Positions 37,759 through 47,759 of a stretch of 64,000 nucleotides of DNA are shown piece after piece. The notes under the pieces were generated by a model. It had not been told where the DNA came from and searched no databases. It was given only the letters and a program-made list of their open reading frames with translations. The stretch covers positions 7,458-71,457 of the forward strand of contig NZ_CAMFKO010000017.1 in the NCBI RefSeq assembly GCF_945957265.1, written 5' to 3'. Numbering within the stretch: the stretch's first letter is position 1; each line of letters starts with the position of its first letter. The DNA is from an uncultured Dechloromonas sp. Lineage in GTDB: Bacteria > Pseudomonadota > Gammaproteobacteria > Burkholderiales > Rhodocyclaceae. The position numbers and the translations under genes are program-made.

Positions 37759-38163
37759 TTGTTACGCACCCTCTTCCTGCTCCTTCCGGCCGTCGCCCAA
37801 GCCGGCGAAGCCGCTCAACCAGGCGTCTCGCCGGGGACCTACCTGCAGGCCGGCTTTGCCCTGGCCCTCATCGTCGCCCTGCTTGCGGCGACCGCCTGGC
37901 TGGCCCGCAAGGTATCCGGCGGCAAGGGCTTCGGCCAGGCCGGCATGAAAGTCATCGGCGGCGTCGCCCTCGGCCCCCGCGAGCGCATCGTGCTGGTCGA
38001 AGTCGGCAACGACTGGCTGGTCATCGGCATCGTTCCCGGCCAGATTCGCACGCTGCACCGCCTGGACAAGGGCAGCCTCCCGGATGCGACGCCCGCCTCC
38101 ACGACCGACAAACCTTTCGCCCAGTGGCTGCAAACCGTCGCCCATCGCTCACCACATGATTAA
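37759..38163 (+). CDS. fliO: Flagellar biosynthesis protein FliO
   Basis: It has a TM helix and the segment RIVLVEVGNDWLVIG. It uses a TTG start. Confidence 0.8.
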   Translation: MLRTLFLLLPAVAQAGEAAQPGVSPGTYLQAGFALALIVALLAATAWLARKVSGGKGFGQAGMKVIGGVALGPRERIVLVEVGNDWLVIGIVPGQIRTLHRLDKGSLPDATPASTTDKPFAQWLQTVAHRSPHD

Positions 38164-38902
38164 GCGCCTGCTCGCCTCGCTCCTGCTCTTGCTCCCCACC
38201 GGACTGGCGCTGGCCCAGGCCGCGGGCGGCCTGCCGGCGATCACCAGCGCACCGGCCGCCGGCGGCGGCACGACCTACTCGCTGACCATCCAGACGCTGC
38301 TGCTGATGACGGCGCTGACCTTCATCCCGGCCTCGGTGCTGATGATGACCGGCTTCACGCGCATCGTGATCGTGCTCTCGCTGTTGCGCCATGCGCTGGG
38401 CACGCAGACCACGCCGCCCAACCAGGTCATCGTCGGCCTGGCCTTGTTCCTGACCTTCTTCGTGATGAGCCCGGTGCTCGACAAGGTTTATACGGAAGCC
38501 TACCTCCCGCTGTCGGAAAACAAGATCAACGTCATGCAGGCCGCCGAGCGTGCCGCGGCACCGATGCGCGGCTTCATGCTCAAGCAGACGCGCGAAGCCG
38601 ACCTGGCGCTGTTCGCCGGCATCGCGAAGATAGACAAGATCGACAAGCCGGAGGACACGCCGTTGCGCATCCTGATCCCCGCCTTTGTGATCAGCGAACT
38701 CAAGACGGCCTTCCAGATCGGTTTCATCCTGTTCATTCCCTTCCTGGTCATCGACATGGTGGTCGCCAGCCTGCTCATGTCGATGGGCATGATGATGATG
38801 TCCCCGGTCATGGTTGCCCTGCCGTTCAAGCTGATGCTGTTCGTCCTGGTCGACGGCTGGCACCTGATCATCGGCTCCCTGGTCCAGAGCTTTACGCCAT
38901 GA
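38156..38902 (+). CDS. fliP: Flagellar export apparatus protein FliP
   Basis: It has a signal peptide and the segment TLLLMTALTFIPASVLMMTGFTRIVIVLSLLR. The ATG at 38156 overlaps the fliO end. Confidence 0.95.
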   Translation: MIKRLLASLLLLLPTGLALAQAAGGLPAITSAPAAGGGTTYSLTIQTLLLMTALTFIPASVLMMTGFTRIVIVLSLLRHALGTQTTPPNQVIVGLALFLTFFVMSPVLDKVYTEAYLPLSENKINVMQAAERAAAPMRGFMLKQTREADLALFAGIAKIDKIDKPEDTPLRILIPAFVISELKTAFQIGFILFIPFLVIDMVVASLLMSMGMMMMSPVMVALPFKLMLFVLVDGWHLIIGSLVQSFTP

Positions 38903-39168
38903 CGCCGGGAACCGTCATGGAGATCGGCCGCCAGGCGATCGAGGTCACCTTGATGATTTCGGCGCCGCTGCTCGTCACCGCGCTGGTCGTCGGCCTGATC
39001 ATCAGCATCTTCCAGGCGGCGACGCAGCTGAACGAATCGACCCTGCAGTTCGTTCCCAAGCTGGTCGCCATGTTTGTCGTCCTGCTGCTGGTCGGCCCGT
39101 GGATGCTGCAGTACCTGATCGACTACATCCAGCGCCTCTTCGGCAGCATTCCGCAACTCATCGGCTAA
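38899..39168 (+). CDS. fliQ: Flagellar export apparatus protein FliQ
   Basis: An 89-aa membrane protein with the segment IFQAATQLNESTLQFVPK. Confidence 0.93.
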   Translation: MTPGTVMEIGRQAIEVTLMISAPLLVTALVVGLIISIFQAATQLNESTLQFVPKLVAMFVVLLLVGPWMLQYLIDYIQRLFGSIPQLIG

Positions 39169-39171
39169 GCC

Positions 39172-39957
39172 ATGATCAGCGTCGGCTCCGCCCAGATCGA
39201 TGCCTGGATCGTCGCCTTCATCTTTCCGCTGAGCCGCATCCTGGGATTCATCGCGACGGCTCCGCTGTGGAGCACGGCCGGGGTGCCCAAGCGCATCCGC
39301 CTGACCATCGGCATCGCCATCGCCGTCGCCCTCGCCCCCGGCCTGCCGCCGATGCCGGAGGTGCAGCCGGCTTCGCTGGCCGGGCTGTGGATCATGGCTC
39401 AGCAGATGTTGATCGGCATCGGCATGGGCTTCGCCGCCAAGATCGTCTTTACCGCATTCCTGTTCGCGGGCGAATTCATCGGCAACCAGATGGGGCTTGG
39501 GTTTGCCACCTTCTACGACCCCTTGAGCGCGTCGCAGACGCCGGTCGTCTCGGAATTCATCAACCTGATCGCGCTGCTGCTCTTCCTGTCGCTGAACGGG
39601 CACCTGCTCTACCTGGCGACCCTGGCCCAGAGCTTTGCGGCCATTCCGATCAGCAGCCTGCCGGTCGGCGCCGGCTCCTGGCTGAACATTGCCGAACTCG
39701 GCAGCAAGATATTCTCGGCGGGGCTGCTCTTGTCCCTGCCCATCATGGCGGCGCTGATGATCACCAACGTCGCCCTGGCCGTGCTGACGCGTGCCGCGCC
39801 GCAGCTAAACCTTTTCGCACTGGGCTTCCCGCTCACCCTGATCGGCGGCTTCCTCGTCCTGGCGATCAGCCTGAACTACCTGGCCTCGCCGTTCCAGGGC
39901 ATTTTCCAGCTTGGACTCGAATCGATGCTCGGGGCTATCGTCCCCGGCAAACCGTAG
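39172..39957 (+). CDS. fliR: Flagellar export apparatus protein FliR
   Basis: A polytopic membrane protein located after fliQ. Confidence 0.93.
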   Translation: MISVGSAQIDAWIVAFIFPLSRILGFIATAPLWSTAGVPKRIRLTIGIAIAVALAPGLPPMPEVQPASLAGLWIMAQQMLIGIGMGFAAKIVFTAFLFAGEFIGNQMGLGFATFYDPLSASQTPVVSEFINLIALLLFLSLNGHLLYLATLAQSFAAIPISSLPVGAGSWLNIAELGSKIFSAGLLLSLPIMAALMITNVALAVLTRAAPQLNLFALGFPLTLIGGFLVLAISLNYLASPFQGIFQLGLESMLGAIVPGKP

Positions 39958-39960
39958 CCC

Positions 39961-40419
39961 TCAGTTCAGCATGAACGAATCGGCCTGCTGGGGCCTGACC
40001 AGCTTGATCGTCCCTTCGGCGATACGCCGGGCACCGATGGTCTGCGAATCGATGCCTTCGGTGTATTCGAGAATCTGGTAGCCGCCGAATCCCTGCTCGC
40101 GCTGTATCTGGTTGGCCCGGCGCTTGAGTATCTGCATCGACTCGCCCGAGCCGCCGGTATGGTAGCGCTTCATCTTCATCGAGAATCGATAGGTCTCGTC
40201 GTCCAGCCGCGCCTCCTCGATCTCCCAGTTCGGCGCCAGCGGGTCGTAGTAGGCATAGATCGCCGCGCCGACCAGCAAGGTAGACAGCGACACCGAGGTA
40301 TGCGCGGTCAGGCGGATGGCCTGATCGGGAATCAGCGGCGAACCACCCGTCCTGCCGGTATTGGTGCACCCGACCAGGGCGACGCACGCCGCCACCCCCA
40401 ATAGAAGTCTGGTTTTCAT
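39961..40419 (-). CDS. Uncharacterised lipoprotein, co-transcribed downstream of flgL
   Basis: It has a signal peptide and lipobox (LLLGVAACVALVGC). There is a 4-nt overlap with the flgL stop. No family was recognised. Confidence 0.65.
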   Translation of the reverse strand: MKTRLLLGVAACVALVGCTNTGRTGGSPLIPDQAIRLTAHTSVSLSTLLVGAAIYAYYDPLAPNWEIEEARLDDETYRFSMKMKRYHTGGSGESMQILKRRANQIQREQGFGGYQILEYTEGIDSQTIGARRIAEGTIKLVRPQQADSFMLN

Positions 40420-41375
40420 AGGATGTTGAACAGGCTCAGCTGGCTGATTTCCTTGAAGGTCGTTTGCGCCGCCTCAAGCTGCACCTTGTAGTTCGCGAAG
40501 CGCGAAATGGCCTCGGTGTAGTCGAGATCCTGCAGGTCGGAAAGACGCTGGGTGTACTGCAGGTTGCGATCCTTGCTCCCCTCGATCAGGGTCTCCAGGG
40601 AGTTCTGGCGAGCACCGACCGTGGCGCGCACGTTGGCGACGTGGGAAATGGCTGAGCGCAGGTCGCCGATCGACTGGTTGTACGCCGCCGCCGTATAGGG
40701 AACGCCGCTGGTCGGATCGAGGATGTCGATCATGTTCTGCAGGCTGTCGAAGACGCTGCGACCGGTGACGTTGCCCGAGGCGTCCTTGACCCGCATGAAC
40801 ACGTCGAGACCGTTCTCGCTGATGGCCATTTCAGCGGACTGGGAAACCAGCAGCGACTGTTGCCCGGCATCGCCGTTGTAATTGACCAGCGTCCCGCCGC
40901 CCAGGGCGTAGGGTTGCGTCGCGCCGACATTGTTCTGGAAGGGCTGGGTCGTCGACTTGAAGCCGGCGAAGACATACAGACCGGTCCCATCCTGCGTATT
41001 GGCCAGGCTGACCAGGTTCTGCATGCGCTTTTTCAACTCGGCGGCGAGCATGCCGCGATCCGAAGCGCTGTAGGTCGGATTGCCGGCATCGCTTGCCCGC
41101 GCGAATATCGCGTCCAGCTCGTTGTTCACGCTGTCCAGCGTTCCCTCCAGGAAGGTCAGGGACGACAGGGCGTTGTTCTGGTTCTCGAGCATCTGGGTGG
41201 TGACACCCTTGGATTGCTCCACCTTGAGGGCTTCCGACGCCGCGATCGGGTCATCGGCCGGCGTCAGCACCCGGCGTCCGGTGGACAGCTGGTTCTGGGT
41301 CTTGTACAGGTCGAACTGCCGGTCCTGGATACCCTGCTTGCCGCTGGTGAAAATCATCGAGGTACTGACACGCAT
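40416..41375 (-). CDS. flgL: Hook-filament junction protein FlgL
   Basis: It has flagellin-like termini (MRVSTSMIF..., ...QLSLFNIL). Confidence 0.93.
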   Translation of the reverse strand: MRVSTSMIFTSGKQGIQDRQFDLYKTQNQLSTGRRVLTPADDPIAASEALKVEQSKGVTTQMLENQNNALSSLTFLEGTLDSVNNELDAIFARASDAGNPTYSASDRGMLAAELKKRMQNLVSLANTQDGTGLYVFAGFKSTTQPFQNNVGATQPYALGGGTLVNYNGDAGQQSLLVSQSAEMAISENGLDVFMRVKDASGNVTGRSVFDSLQNMIDILDPTSGVPYTAAAYNQSIGDLRSAISHVANVRATVGARQNSLETLIEGSKDRNLQYTQRLSDLQDLDYTEAISRFANYKVQLEAAQTTFKEISQLSLFNIL

Positions 41376-41386
41376 GAGCTTACTCC

Positions 41387-43378
41387 TTATCTGCCAAGCG
41401 ACAGGATCGTGTCGAACAGCTGATTGCCGATCTCCAGTATCTTGGAAGATGCCTGGTAGGCGCGCTGGAACTTCAGCATTTCAGCGGCCTCTTCATCCAG
41501 ATTGACCCCGGAAAGGGCTTCGCGCGCCGATTGCGCCTGCTTGAGCACGGAAGTCTGCGCGTCCATCTTGACCTTGGTCTCCCGGGTCATGATGCCGTTG
41601 TCGGCGACCAGGCGGGAAAAGGCCGCCTGGAAGGTCGCCGTGCCGCCGGAGACGGTGTTCTGCGTCTGCAGCTTGGCGAACAGCACCGCATTCCGGCCAT
41701 CCTGGACGCCCGCCGTATTGCGCTGCACCGTGAACTGGTCGCCGGCCGCCGGGCTGCCCTTGATATCGAAGCTCATGCCGCTGAAGCTGATCTTTGCCAG
41801 CGTCGCCGTGCCGGCGGTCAAGGGCACGTTGCCCGTACTCGGGGCCGAGGTGGTGCCGTCCGAATAAACGGCCGTCCAGGTCCCCGGGACGCCATTGAGC
41901 GTGGTCGCCGTCGCGCTCAGCGTCACGGGCAGGCCCGCCGCGCTGTAGCCGGTCGTCACGCTGCCCTGCGAGATGGTCATCGAACCGGTGTTGGTCTGAG
42001 TCGGCGCCGTACGGACCGGCGCGGCCGCGGCGACCAGACGTGGGTCGGCGGCGATCCGGCTGTCTACGCTGATCGTCATCGCCGCGTCGGCCACCGGCTT
42101 GATCACGAAGGTATCGCCGCTGTTGCCGACCGCGCCGATGCTGATCGACACGCCATCGACGGTCACCGACCCGGCACCGCTGCCGGTGGCGACCTGCTGC
42201 TGGTCGCTCAGGCGGGTGATGGTGTAGGCGCCGGCGGCGCCGAAGGTCACCTGATAGTTGCTGTTCGTCAGGTTGGTGTAGAAATTCCCGGAATTGCTCG
42301 GTGCGGCAAGGCTTGCCGATACGGCGCCGCTACCGGTGTTGCCGGCGTTCGGCAGCACCATGGGGGAAGGCACCGAGAAGAAATTGCCGACGAATCCGAC
42401 ATCCCCCGCAATACTGCCCTGCAGGTCCTGGCCAAGCCCGTGCTGTGCGTTGAAAGTGAGCGCCACCGAGGCGGCAATGCGACCCAGCTCGTTACCCACC
42501 GAATCCAGCGAACGATTGCGGAAATCGACCAGCCCGCCCAGTTGCCCGCCGACGATCAGCGAATCCGGCATCTGCAGCGTCCCGCTGTTGGTCTTCAGGC
42601 CGACGACGATCTTCGACGGGTCGGAGGTCGAGGCGGTCGCCGTCAGCTGCATCACCTGCGAGCCGACGACCAGTTGCTGGCCGTTGCCGATATAGACGTT
42701 GTAGCTGCCATTGGAGTTGGTGCTCGTCTGCACCCTGATCCGCTTGTTGAGCTCGCTGACCAGCTGGTCGCGCTGGTCGAGCAGGTCGTTGGCCGGCTGT
42801 TGATACGCGGCTTCGGCGACCACGATGCGCTGGTTCACATCGGCGATCTGGGCCGCATAGGTATTGATTTCGCTTACCGCGTCCGTGATGCGGCCATTGA
42901 CCTCGTCGGCGATTTCGCTGATCCGGCTCTGGATGTCCTGAAAGCGGGTCACCAGCGTCTGCGCGCTGCTGATCATCGACTGCCTGGCCGGCAGGAGCGA
43001 CGGATTCGAGGCGACCTGCTGGACGCCGGCAAAAAAGCTCTGCAGCGCCGGCGACAGGCCGGCATTGGGATCGGCCAGCAGGTTGTCGATCTGGCTGATT
43101 TCGCTGTAGAAGGCGTCCAGCTGGCTGACCTGGGTCTGCGCGGTGTTGACCTGGGAATTGACGTAGCTGTCGTACATCCGCTTGACGGTCTGGACGTGGA
43201 CGCCCTGCCCCATGGCGCCGGCGCCGGTATTGACCGCGATGTTGGTCGCCTGCGTCGCCGTCTGACGGCTGTAGCCCGGCGTATTGGCGTTAACCACGTT
43301 GTGTTCGGTCGTCAGCAAGCCCATCTGCGCTGCCGCGATGCCACTGACCCCGATGCTGAAAATTCCTGTACCCATCAT
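41387..43378 (-). CDS. flgK: Hook-filament junction protein FlgK
   Basis: The N-terminus is GVSGIAAAQMGLLTTEHNVVNANTPGYSRQ. Confidence 0.95.
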   Translation of the reverse strand: MMGTGIFSIGVSGIAAAQMGLLTTEHNVVNANTPGYSRQTATQATNIAVNTGAGAMGQGVHVQTVKRMYDSYVNSQVNTAQTQVSQLDAFYSEISQIDNLLADPNAGLSPALQSFFAGVQQVASNPSLLPARQSMISSAQTLVTRFQDIQSRISEIADEVNGRITDAVSEINTYAAQIADVNQRIVVAEAAYQQPANDLLDQRDQLVSELNKRIRVQTSTNSNGSYNVYIGNGQQLVVGSQVMQLTATASTSDPSKIVVGLKTNSGTLQMPDSLIVGGQLGGLVDFRNRSLDSVGNELGRIAASVALTFNAQHGLGQDLQGSIAGDVGFVGNFFSVPSPMVLPNAGNTGSGAVSASLAAPSNSGNFYTNLTNSNYQVTFGAAGAYTITRLSDQQQVATGSGAGSVTVDGVSISIGAVGNSGDTFVIKPVADAAMTISVDSRIAADPRLVAAAAPVRTAPTQTNTGSMTISQGSVTTGYSAAGLPVTLSATATTLNGVPGTWTAVYSDGTTSAPSTGNVPLTAGTATLAKISFSGMSFDIKGSPAAGDQFTVQRNTAGVQDGRNAVLFAKLQTQNTVSGGTATFQAAFSRLVADNGIMTRETKVKMDAQTSVLKQAQSAREALSGVNLDEEAAEMLKFQRAYQASSKILEIGNQLFDTILSLGR

Positions 43379-43393
43379 GTCACCTCTAAGAGG

Positions 43394-43420
43394 TTAACGG
43401 CCAAACCACCGTAAAGTTTA
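43394..43420 (-). promoter_or_regulatory. Sigma-28 promoter of flgKL
   Basis: The minus strand reads TAAA, a 15-nt spacer, then GCCGTTAA. It sits in the 50-nt gap between flgJ and flgK. Confidence 0.7.
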
Positions 43421-43428
43421 GGCAGCCG

Positions 43429-44394
43429 TCAACCGATCAATGCCTGCCGCAACGCGGGGCCGTTGATGATGCGCGACAACTTGTCGGCATACATCGGATC
43501 GGTGGCATAGCCAGCCTGCTGCAAACGTTTCGCAAACTCCGTGCCATCCTGGGAGCCGATCACCGCGCCAAAGCGCGAATTGTTGCGCAACAGGTTGGCG
43601 TAATCGCGGAAAGCTTCCTCGTACGAGCCGTAGGCCCGAAAACGCTCGACCGACTGCTGCGCCTGGCCGTTGACGTACTCCGTCGTCGTCGCGTCCGTCG
43701 TCGCGCCGTTCCAGCTCTTGCCGGCCTTGATGCCGAACAGGTTGTAACTGGGCGAACCGTCGGCCCGCCGTATTTCCGAACGCCCCCAGCCGCTTTCCAG
43801 CGCCGAATGGGCGACCAGAAACTGCGGCGGCACGCCGGTCGAGCGCGACGCCTCGACGGCATGCGGCCATACCCGGTTGACGAATTCCTTGGAACTGGCC
43901 GGCGCATCGCTTGCGACAGCCGGCGCGGCCGTCGCATCGGCACGCGGATAGGCAGCCGATGTCGGCAGGTTGCCGAGCACCGTCTTGTACTGCAGGTGGC
44001 GACCGTCGGAAGCGGCAAGCGGCAAGTCGCCGGCGGCAGCGTTTGCCGCCCCGGCCGCATTGGCCTCCGGCGAGGGGCTGACCAGCGTGCGCCCCAGCTG
44101 CTGCTCGATCAACCGGGCGAAACCGACGCCCTTGCCGTTGGACGAAAGGTTCTGCGCCATCTGCTGGTCGAGCAGGCTGGTGTAGAACTTCGATTGCTCG
44201 CTGTTGAGCATGCCGTCGTCCGGCACGGTGTCGCGCATGCTCTTCATGACCATCTGCAGGAACATGGTCTCGAACTGCTGCGCAGCCGCCTTCAGCCCCT
44301 CCTGGGGATTCTTGGCGAACTGGCTGCGCAGATCCTGCGCCGACTGGACATCGAAAGCCGCCCGGTTCGGCGTGTTCTGGATTTTCATCGACAT
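43429..44394 (-). CDS. flgJ: Rod-assembly protein / peptidoglycan hydrolase FlgJ
   Basis: The rod-binding N-terminus is QQFETMFLQMVMKSMRD. The C-terminal glucosaminidase domain contains YATDPMYADKL. Confidence 0.93.
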   Translation of the reverse strand: MSMKIQNTPNRAAFDVQSAQDLRSQFAKNPQEGLKAAAQQFETMFLQMVMKSMRDTVPDDGMLNSEQSKFYTSLLDQQMAQNLSSNGKGVGFARLIEQQLGRTLVSPSPEANAAGAANAAAGDLPLAASDGRHLQYKTVLGNLPTSAAYPRADATAAPAVASDAPASSKEFVNRVWPHAVEASRSTGVPPQFLVAHSALESGWGRSEIRRADGSPSYNLFGIKAGKSWNGATTDATTTEYVNGQAQQSVERFRAYGSYEEAFRDYANLLRNNSRFGAVIGSQDGTEFAKRLQQAGYATDPMYADKLSRIINGPALRQALIG

Positions 44395-44402
44395 CGCCGG
44401 GA

Positions 44403-45497
44403 TCAGATGATTTCGAGATCGGCGCGCAGCGCCCCGGCAGCCTTCATGGCCTGGAGGATGGCGAGCAGGTCGAGCGGATTGGCGCCCAACGCGTTCAATG
44501 CCTTGACCACGTCGGCCAGGTTGGCGCCGGCCTTGACGTTCATCAGGCTGCCGTTGTCCTGCTTGACCTGGATGTCGGCGCCCTGCCCGAATTGCGGCTG
44601 GCCGGCATCGACCACCACGGACAGGCTGCCGTGCGCGACGGCGCAGGCCTCCAGGGTCACCTTCTGGTTCATGACCACCGAGCCGGTACGCGGATTGACG
44701 ATGACCTTGGCCATGCCCGCCACCGGCTGGACGTCGATATTCTCGACCCGCCCCAGGAAGGCGACGCGCGCGTCGGCATCATCCGGGGTGCGCACCGCGA
44801 TGCGCCGACCGTCGATGGCCTGGGCGGTGCCGGGAGCCATGGCCCTGTTGATGGCATCGACCACCTTCTGGGCGGTGCCGAAGTCGGTCGTCGACAGTTC
44901 GTAATAAACCACGCCGCCCTGCCCGACCGCGGTCGGGACGGCGCGCTCGACGCTGGCGCCGCCGGGAATGCGTCCGGCCGACAAGTGGTTGACCGTGACC
45001 TTGGAGCCGCCCGAGGAAGCCCCCGCACCGCCGACCATGACGTTGCCCTGGGCGATGGCGTACACCTGCCCGTCGGCGCCCTTGAGCTGCGTCATCAGCA
45101 GCGTGCCGCCGCGCAGGCTCTTGGCGTTACCCATCGACGACACGGTGACGTCGATGTTCTGCCCTTGCCGCGAGAAGGGCGGCAGGTTGGCGGTGACCAT
45201 GACCGCCGCCACGTTCTTGAGCTGCAGCTTCTGCGACTGCTCCTGGGTCAGGTTGACGCCCAGTTGCGACAGCATGTTGGCGATGGCCTGCGTGGTGAAC
45301 GGGGTCTGCGTGGTCTGGTCGCCGGTGTTGTCGAGACCGACCACGATGCCGTAACCGATCAGCTGGTTGTTGCGCACGCCCTGGATGCTGGCCAGGTCCT
45401 TGATCCGGTCGGCCAGCGCCGGCTGGCACCACAGCGGCAGCAGACAGGCGGCCAGAATTGCCGTCTGCCGGAACAGTTTGCCGCTTTTCGTCTTCAT
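44403..45497 (-). CDS. flgI: Flagellar P-ring protein FlgI
   Basis: [25 protein letters not shown]. Confidence 0.95.
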   Translation of the reverse strand: MKTKSGKLFRQTAILAACLLPLWCQPALADRIKDLASIQGVRNNQLIGYGIVVGLDNTGDQTTQTPFTTQAIANMLSQLGVNLTQEQSQKLQLKNVAAVMVTANLPPFSRQGQNIDVTVSSMGNAKSLRGGTLLMTQLKGADGQVYAIAQGNVMVGGAGASSGGSKVTVNHLSAGRIPGGASVERAVPTAVGQGGVVYYELSTTDFGTAQKVVDAINRAMAPGTAQAIDGRRIAVRTPDDADARVAFLGRVENIDVQPVAGMAKVIVNPRTGSVVMNQKVTLEACAVAHGSLSVVVDAGQPQFGQGADIQVKQDNGSLMNVKAGANLADVVKALNALGANPLDLLAILQAMKAAGALRADLEII

Positions 45498-45520
45498 GAT
45501 GCGCCTCCGGATGAAATCTC

Positions 45521-46189
45521 TTAGAACGGCATCACACTAAGGAAGAAGCGTGCCAGCCAACCCATGACCTGGCCATCGCTGATCTGCCCGGCAGACTTGT
45601 ACTCGAAGCGGGCATCGGCGATCTTGGAGGATTCGACGGTATTGAAGGCGTCGACGAAGCTCGGGTTGATCACCCCGGAAATGCGGACGAACTCCTGCTC
45701 GTGCCCGATCGCCACCTGTTTTTCGCCGGATACCAGCAGGTTGCCGTTGGGCATGACATCGATCACGGTCACCGTCATGTTGCCGGTGAAGATGTTGTTG
45801 TTCGCCGCCTCGCCCTTGCCGCTGAAGGCGTTGGCGCTTTCGGCGCCGAGGTCGAGACCGACCAGGCCCTTGCCGGGCAGCTTGCTCAGCCCGGTAATCG
45901 ACGCCGAGGCCGTGTTCGACTTGTCCAGCTTGTTGTTGGACTTGGTGGACGCCGTCGTGCTTTCGGTGATCTTGACCGTAATCGTGTCGCCGACGTAGCG
46001 CGCGCGGCGATCCTCGAACAGCGGCCGGCTGCTGGCCGCCTGGTAGATCGAGCCGTTGCCGCTCGGCATGTCGAAACGCGCCGAGGGGCGTGCCGTCATC
46101 GGTTGATGCACATTGGTCGGCGGCACCGTCGTACACCCGGCCGACGCCAGCAACGAGGTCAGCACCAAGATCAGGACAGGGCGTTTCAT
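45521..46189 (-). CDS. flgH: Flagellar L-ring lipoprotein FlgH
   Basis: The lipobox is LLASAGC, followed by [10 protein letters not shown]. Confidence 0.95.
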   Translation of the reverse strand: MKRPVLILVLTSLLASAGCTTVPPTNVHQPMTARPSARFDMPSGNGSIYQAASSRPLFEDRRARYVGDTITVKITESTTASTKSNNKLDKSNTASASITGLSKLPGKGLVGLDLGAESANAFSGKGEAANNNIFTGNMTVTVIDVMPNGNLLVSGEKQVAIGHEQEFVRISGVINPSFVDAFNTVESSKIADARFEYKSAGQISDGQVMGWLARFFLSVMPF

Positions 46190-46198
46190 GAGATCACC

Positions 46199-46981
46199 TT
46201 ACAACTGGGTCAGGCGCCCGAGCATCGCATCGGAAGTCGACACCACCTTGGAGTTCAGTTCGTAGGCGCGCTGGGTCTGGATCATGGTGACCAGTTCCTC
46301 GGCCACGTTCACGTTGGAGGTCTCGACGTAACCCTGGTTCACGATGCCGGCACCGTTGGTTCCCGGTGTATTGGGCGTCGGCGTGCCGCTCGCCGCGGTT
46401 TCCTGGAACAGGTTCTGGCCCATGCTCAGCATGCCGGCCGGGTTGATGAAGGTGGCCAGCTGGATGCTGCCGATCTGCGTCGCCGCCGCCGAGCCCGGCT
46501 GGGTCACGGTCACCGTGCCGTCGGTGCCGATCGACATGCTCAGCGCGTTGGCGGGAATGGTGATGTTCGGCTGCAGCGGGTAGCCGTCGGAGGTGACGAT
46601 CTGGCCCTGGTTATCCTTCTGGAAGGAGCCATCGCGGGTGTAACCCGTCGTCCCGTCCGGCAGCAGCACCTGGAAGAAACCGTTGCCCTGCACGGCAAGA
46701 TCGAGCGTGTTGTCGGTCTTCTGCAGGTTGCCCTGGGTGAAGATGCGCGCCGTGGACACCGGACGAGCGCCGGTGCCCAGCTGCAGGCCGGCGGGAACCT
46801 GGGTCTGCTGCGACGACTGGGCGCCGGGCTGACGCATGGTCTGGTAGAGCAGGTCCTCGAACACCGCGCGCGAGCGCTTGAAGCCGTTGGTGCTGACGTT
46901 CGCCAGATTGTTGGAAATGACGTCCAGCTGGGTCTGCTGGGCATCGAGACCGGTACGGGCAATCCATAGGGAACGGATCAT
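46199..46981 (-). CDS. flgG: Distal rod protein FlgG
   Basis: [35 protein letters not shown]. Confidence 0.95.
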   Translation of the reverse strand: MIRSLWIARTGLDAQQTQLDVISNNLANVSTNGFKRSRAVFEDLLYQTMRQPGAQSSQQTQVPAGLQLGTGARPVSTARIFTQGNLQKTDNTLDLAVQGNGFFQVLLPDGTTGYTRDGSFQKDNQGQIVTSDGYPLQPNITIPANALSMSIGTDGTVTVTQPGSAAATQIGSIQLATFINPAGMLSMGQNLFQETAASGTPTPNTPGTNGAGIVNQGYVETSNVNVAEELVTMIQTQRAYELNSKVVSTSDAMLGRLTQL

Positions 46982-46994
46982 GATTCAGGTCCTA

Positions 46995-47738
46995 TCAGGC
47001 ATTCAGGGAGAGCAGCTGATCGGCGCGCTGGGCGTTCGTATCGGCTGTCTGCAGCATCTTGATTTGCATTTCGAACTGACGCGACAGGCTGATCAGATTG
47101 ACCATGGCGTCGGTCACATTCACATTGCTGCCTTCCAGCGTTCCGGAAGCCAGCTTGATATTCGTATCGGCATCGGCCGGCTGGTTGTTGCGCAGGCGGA
47201 ACAGGCCGTCCGAGCCGCGCACCAGATCGGATTCCGGCGGATTGACCAGCTTGATCCGGCCGATCGCATTGGCATTGTTCGGCGTGCCGAAGGCGGGGAC
47301 CACGGAGACCGTGCCATCGGGCGCGATCTCGATGTTGTTGTCGGGCGGCACGTTGATCGGCCCGCCATCGCCGGCCACGGTGTAGCCGCTCTTGGTCTGC
47401 AGCAGGCCGGTGACATCGACATCCAGGCTGCCGGCGCGGGTATAGGCCTCACTGCCATCGGGCAACTGGACGGCGATCCACCCCTTGCCGCGCACCGCCA
47501 CGTCGAGATTGCGGCCGGTGAACATCAGCGGCCCTTCGTCCATCACGTCGCTGACCGACGCATCGACCGTAAACGCCCGCGTCGGCATTCCCTCGCCGAC
47601 CACCGGCACGGCGCGGAAGCGGTGCTCCTGCGCCTTGAAACCGATGGTGCTGGCGTTGGCGAGGTTGTTCGCCGTACCGGCCTGCTGCATGAACACATGC
47701 TTGGCGCCGGTCATTGCGGTGTAGATCAGGCGATCCAT
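46995..47738 (-). CDS. flgF: Proximal rod protein FlgF
   Basis: MDRLIYTAMTGAKHVFMQQAGTANNLANAST. Confidence 0.93.
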   Translation of the reverse strand: MDRLIYTAMTGAKHVFMQQAGTANNLANASTIGFKAQEHRFRAVPVVGEGMPTRAFTVDASVSDVMDEGPLMFTGRNLDVAVRGKGWIAVQLPDGSEAYTRAGSLDVDVTGLLQTKSGYTVAGDGGPINVPPDNNIEIAPDGTVSVVPAFGTPNNANAIGRIKLVNPPESDLVRGSDGLFRLRNNQPADADTNIKLASGTLEGSNVNVTDAMVNLISLSRQFEMQIKMLQTADTNAQRADQLLSLNA

Positions 47739-47759
47739 GTCAGCGACTCAATCGACGGT

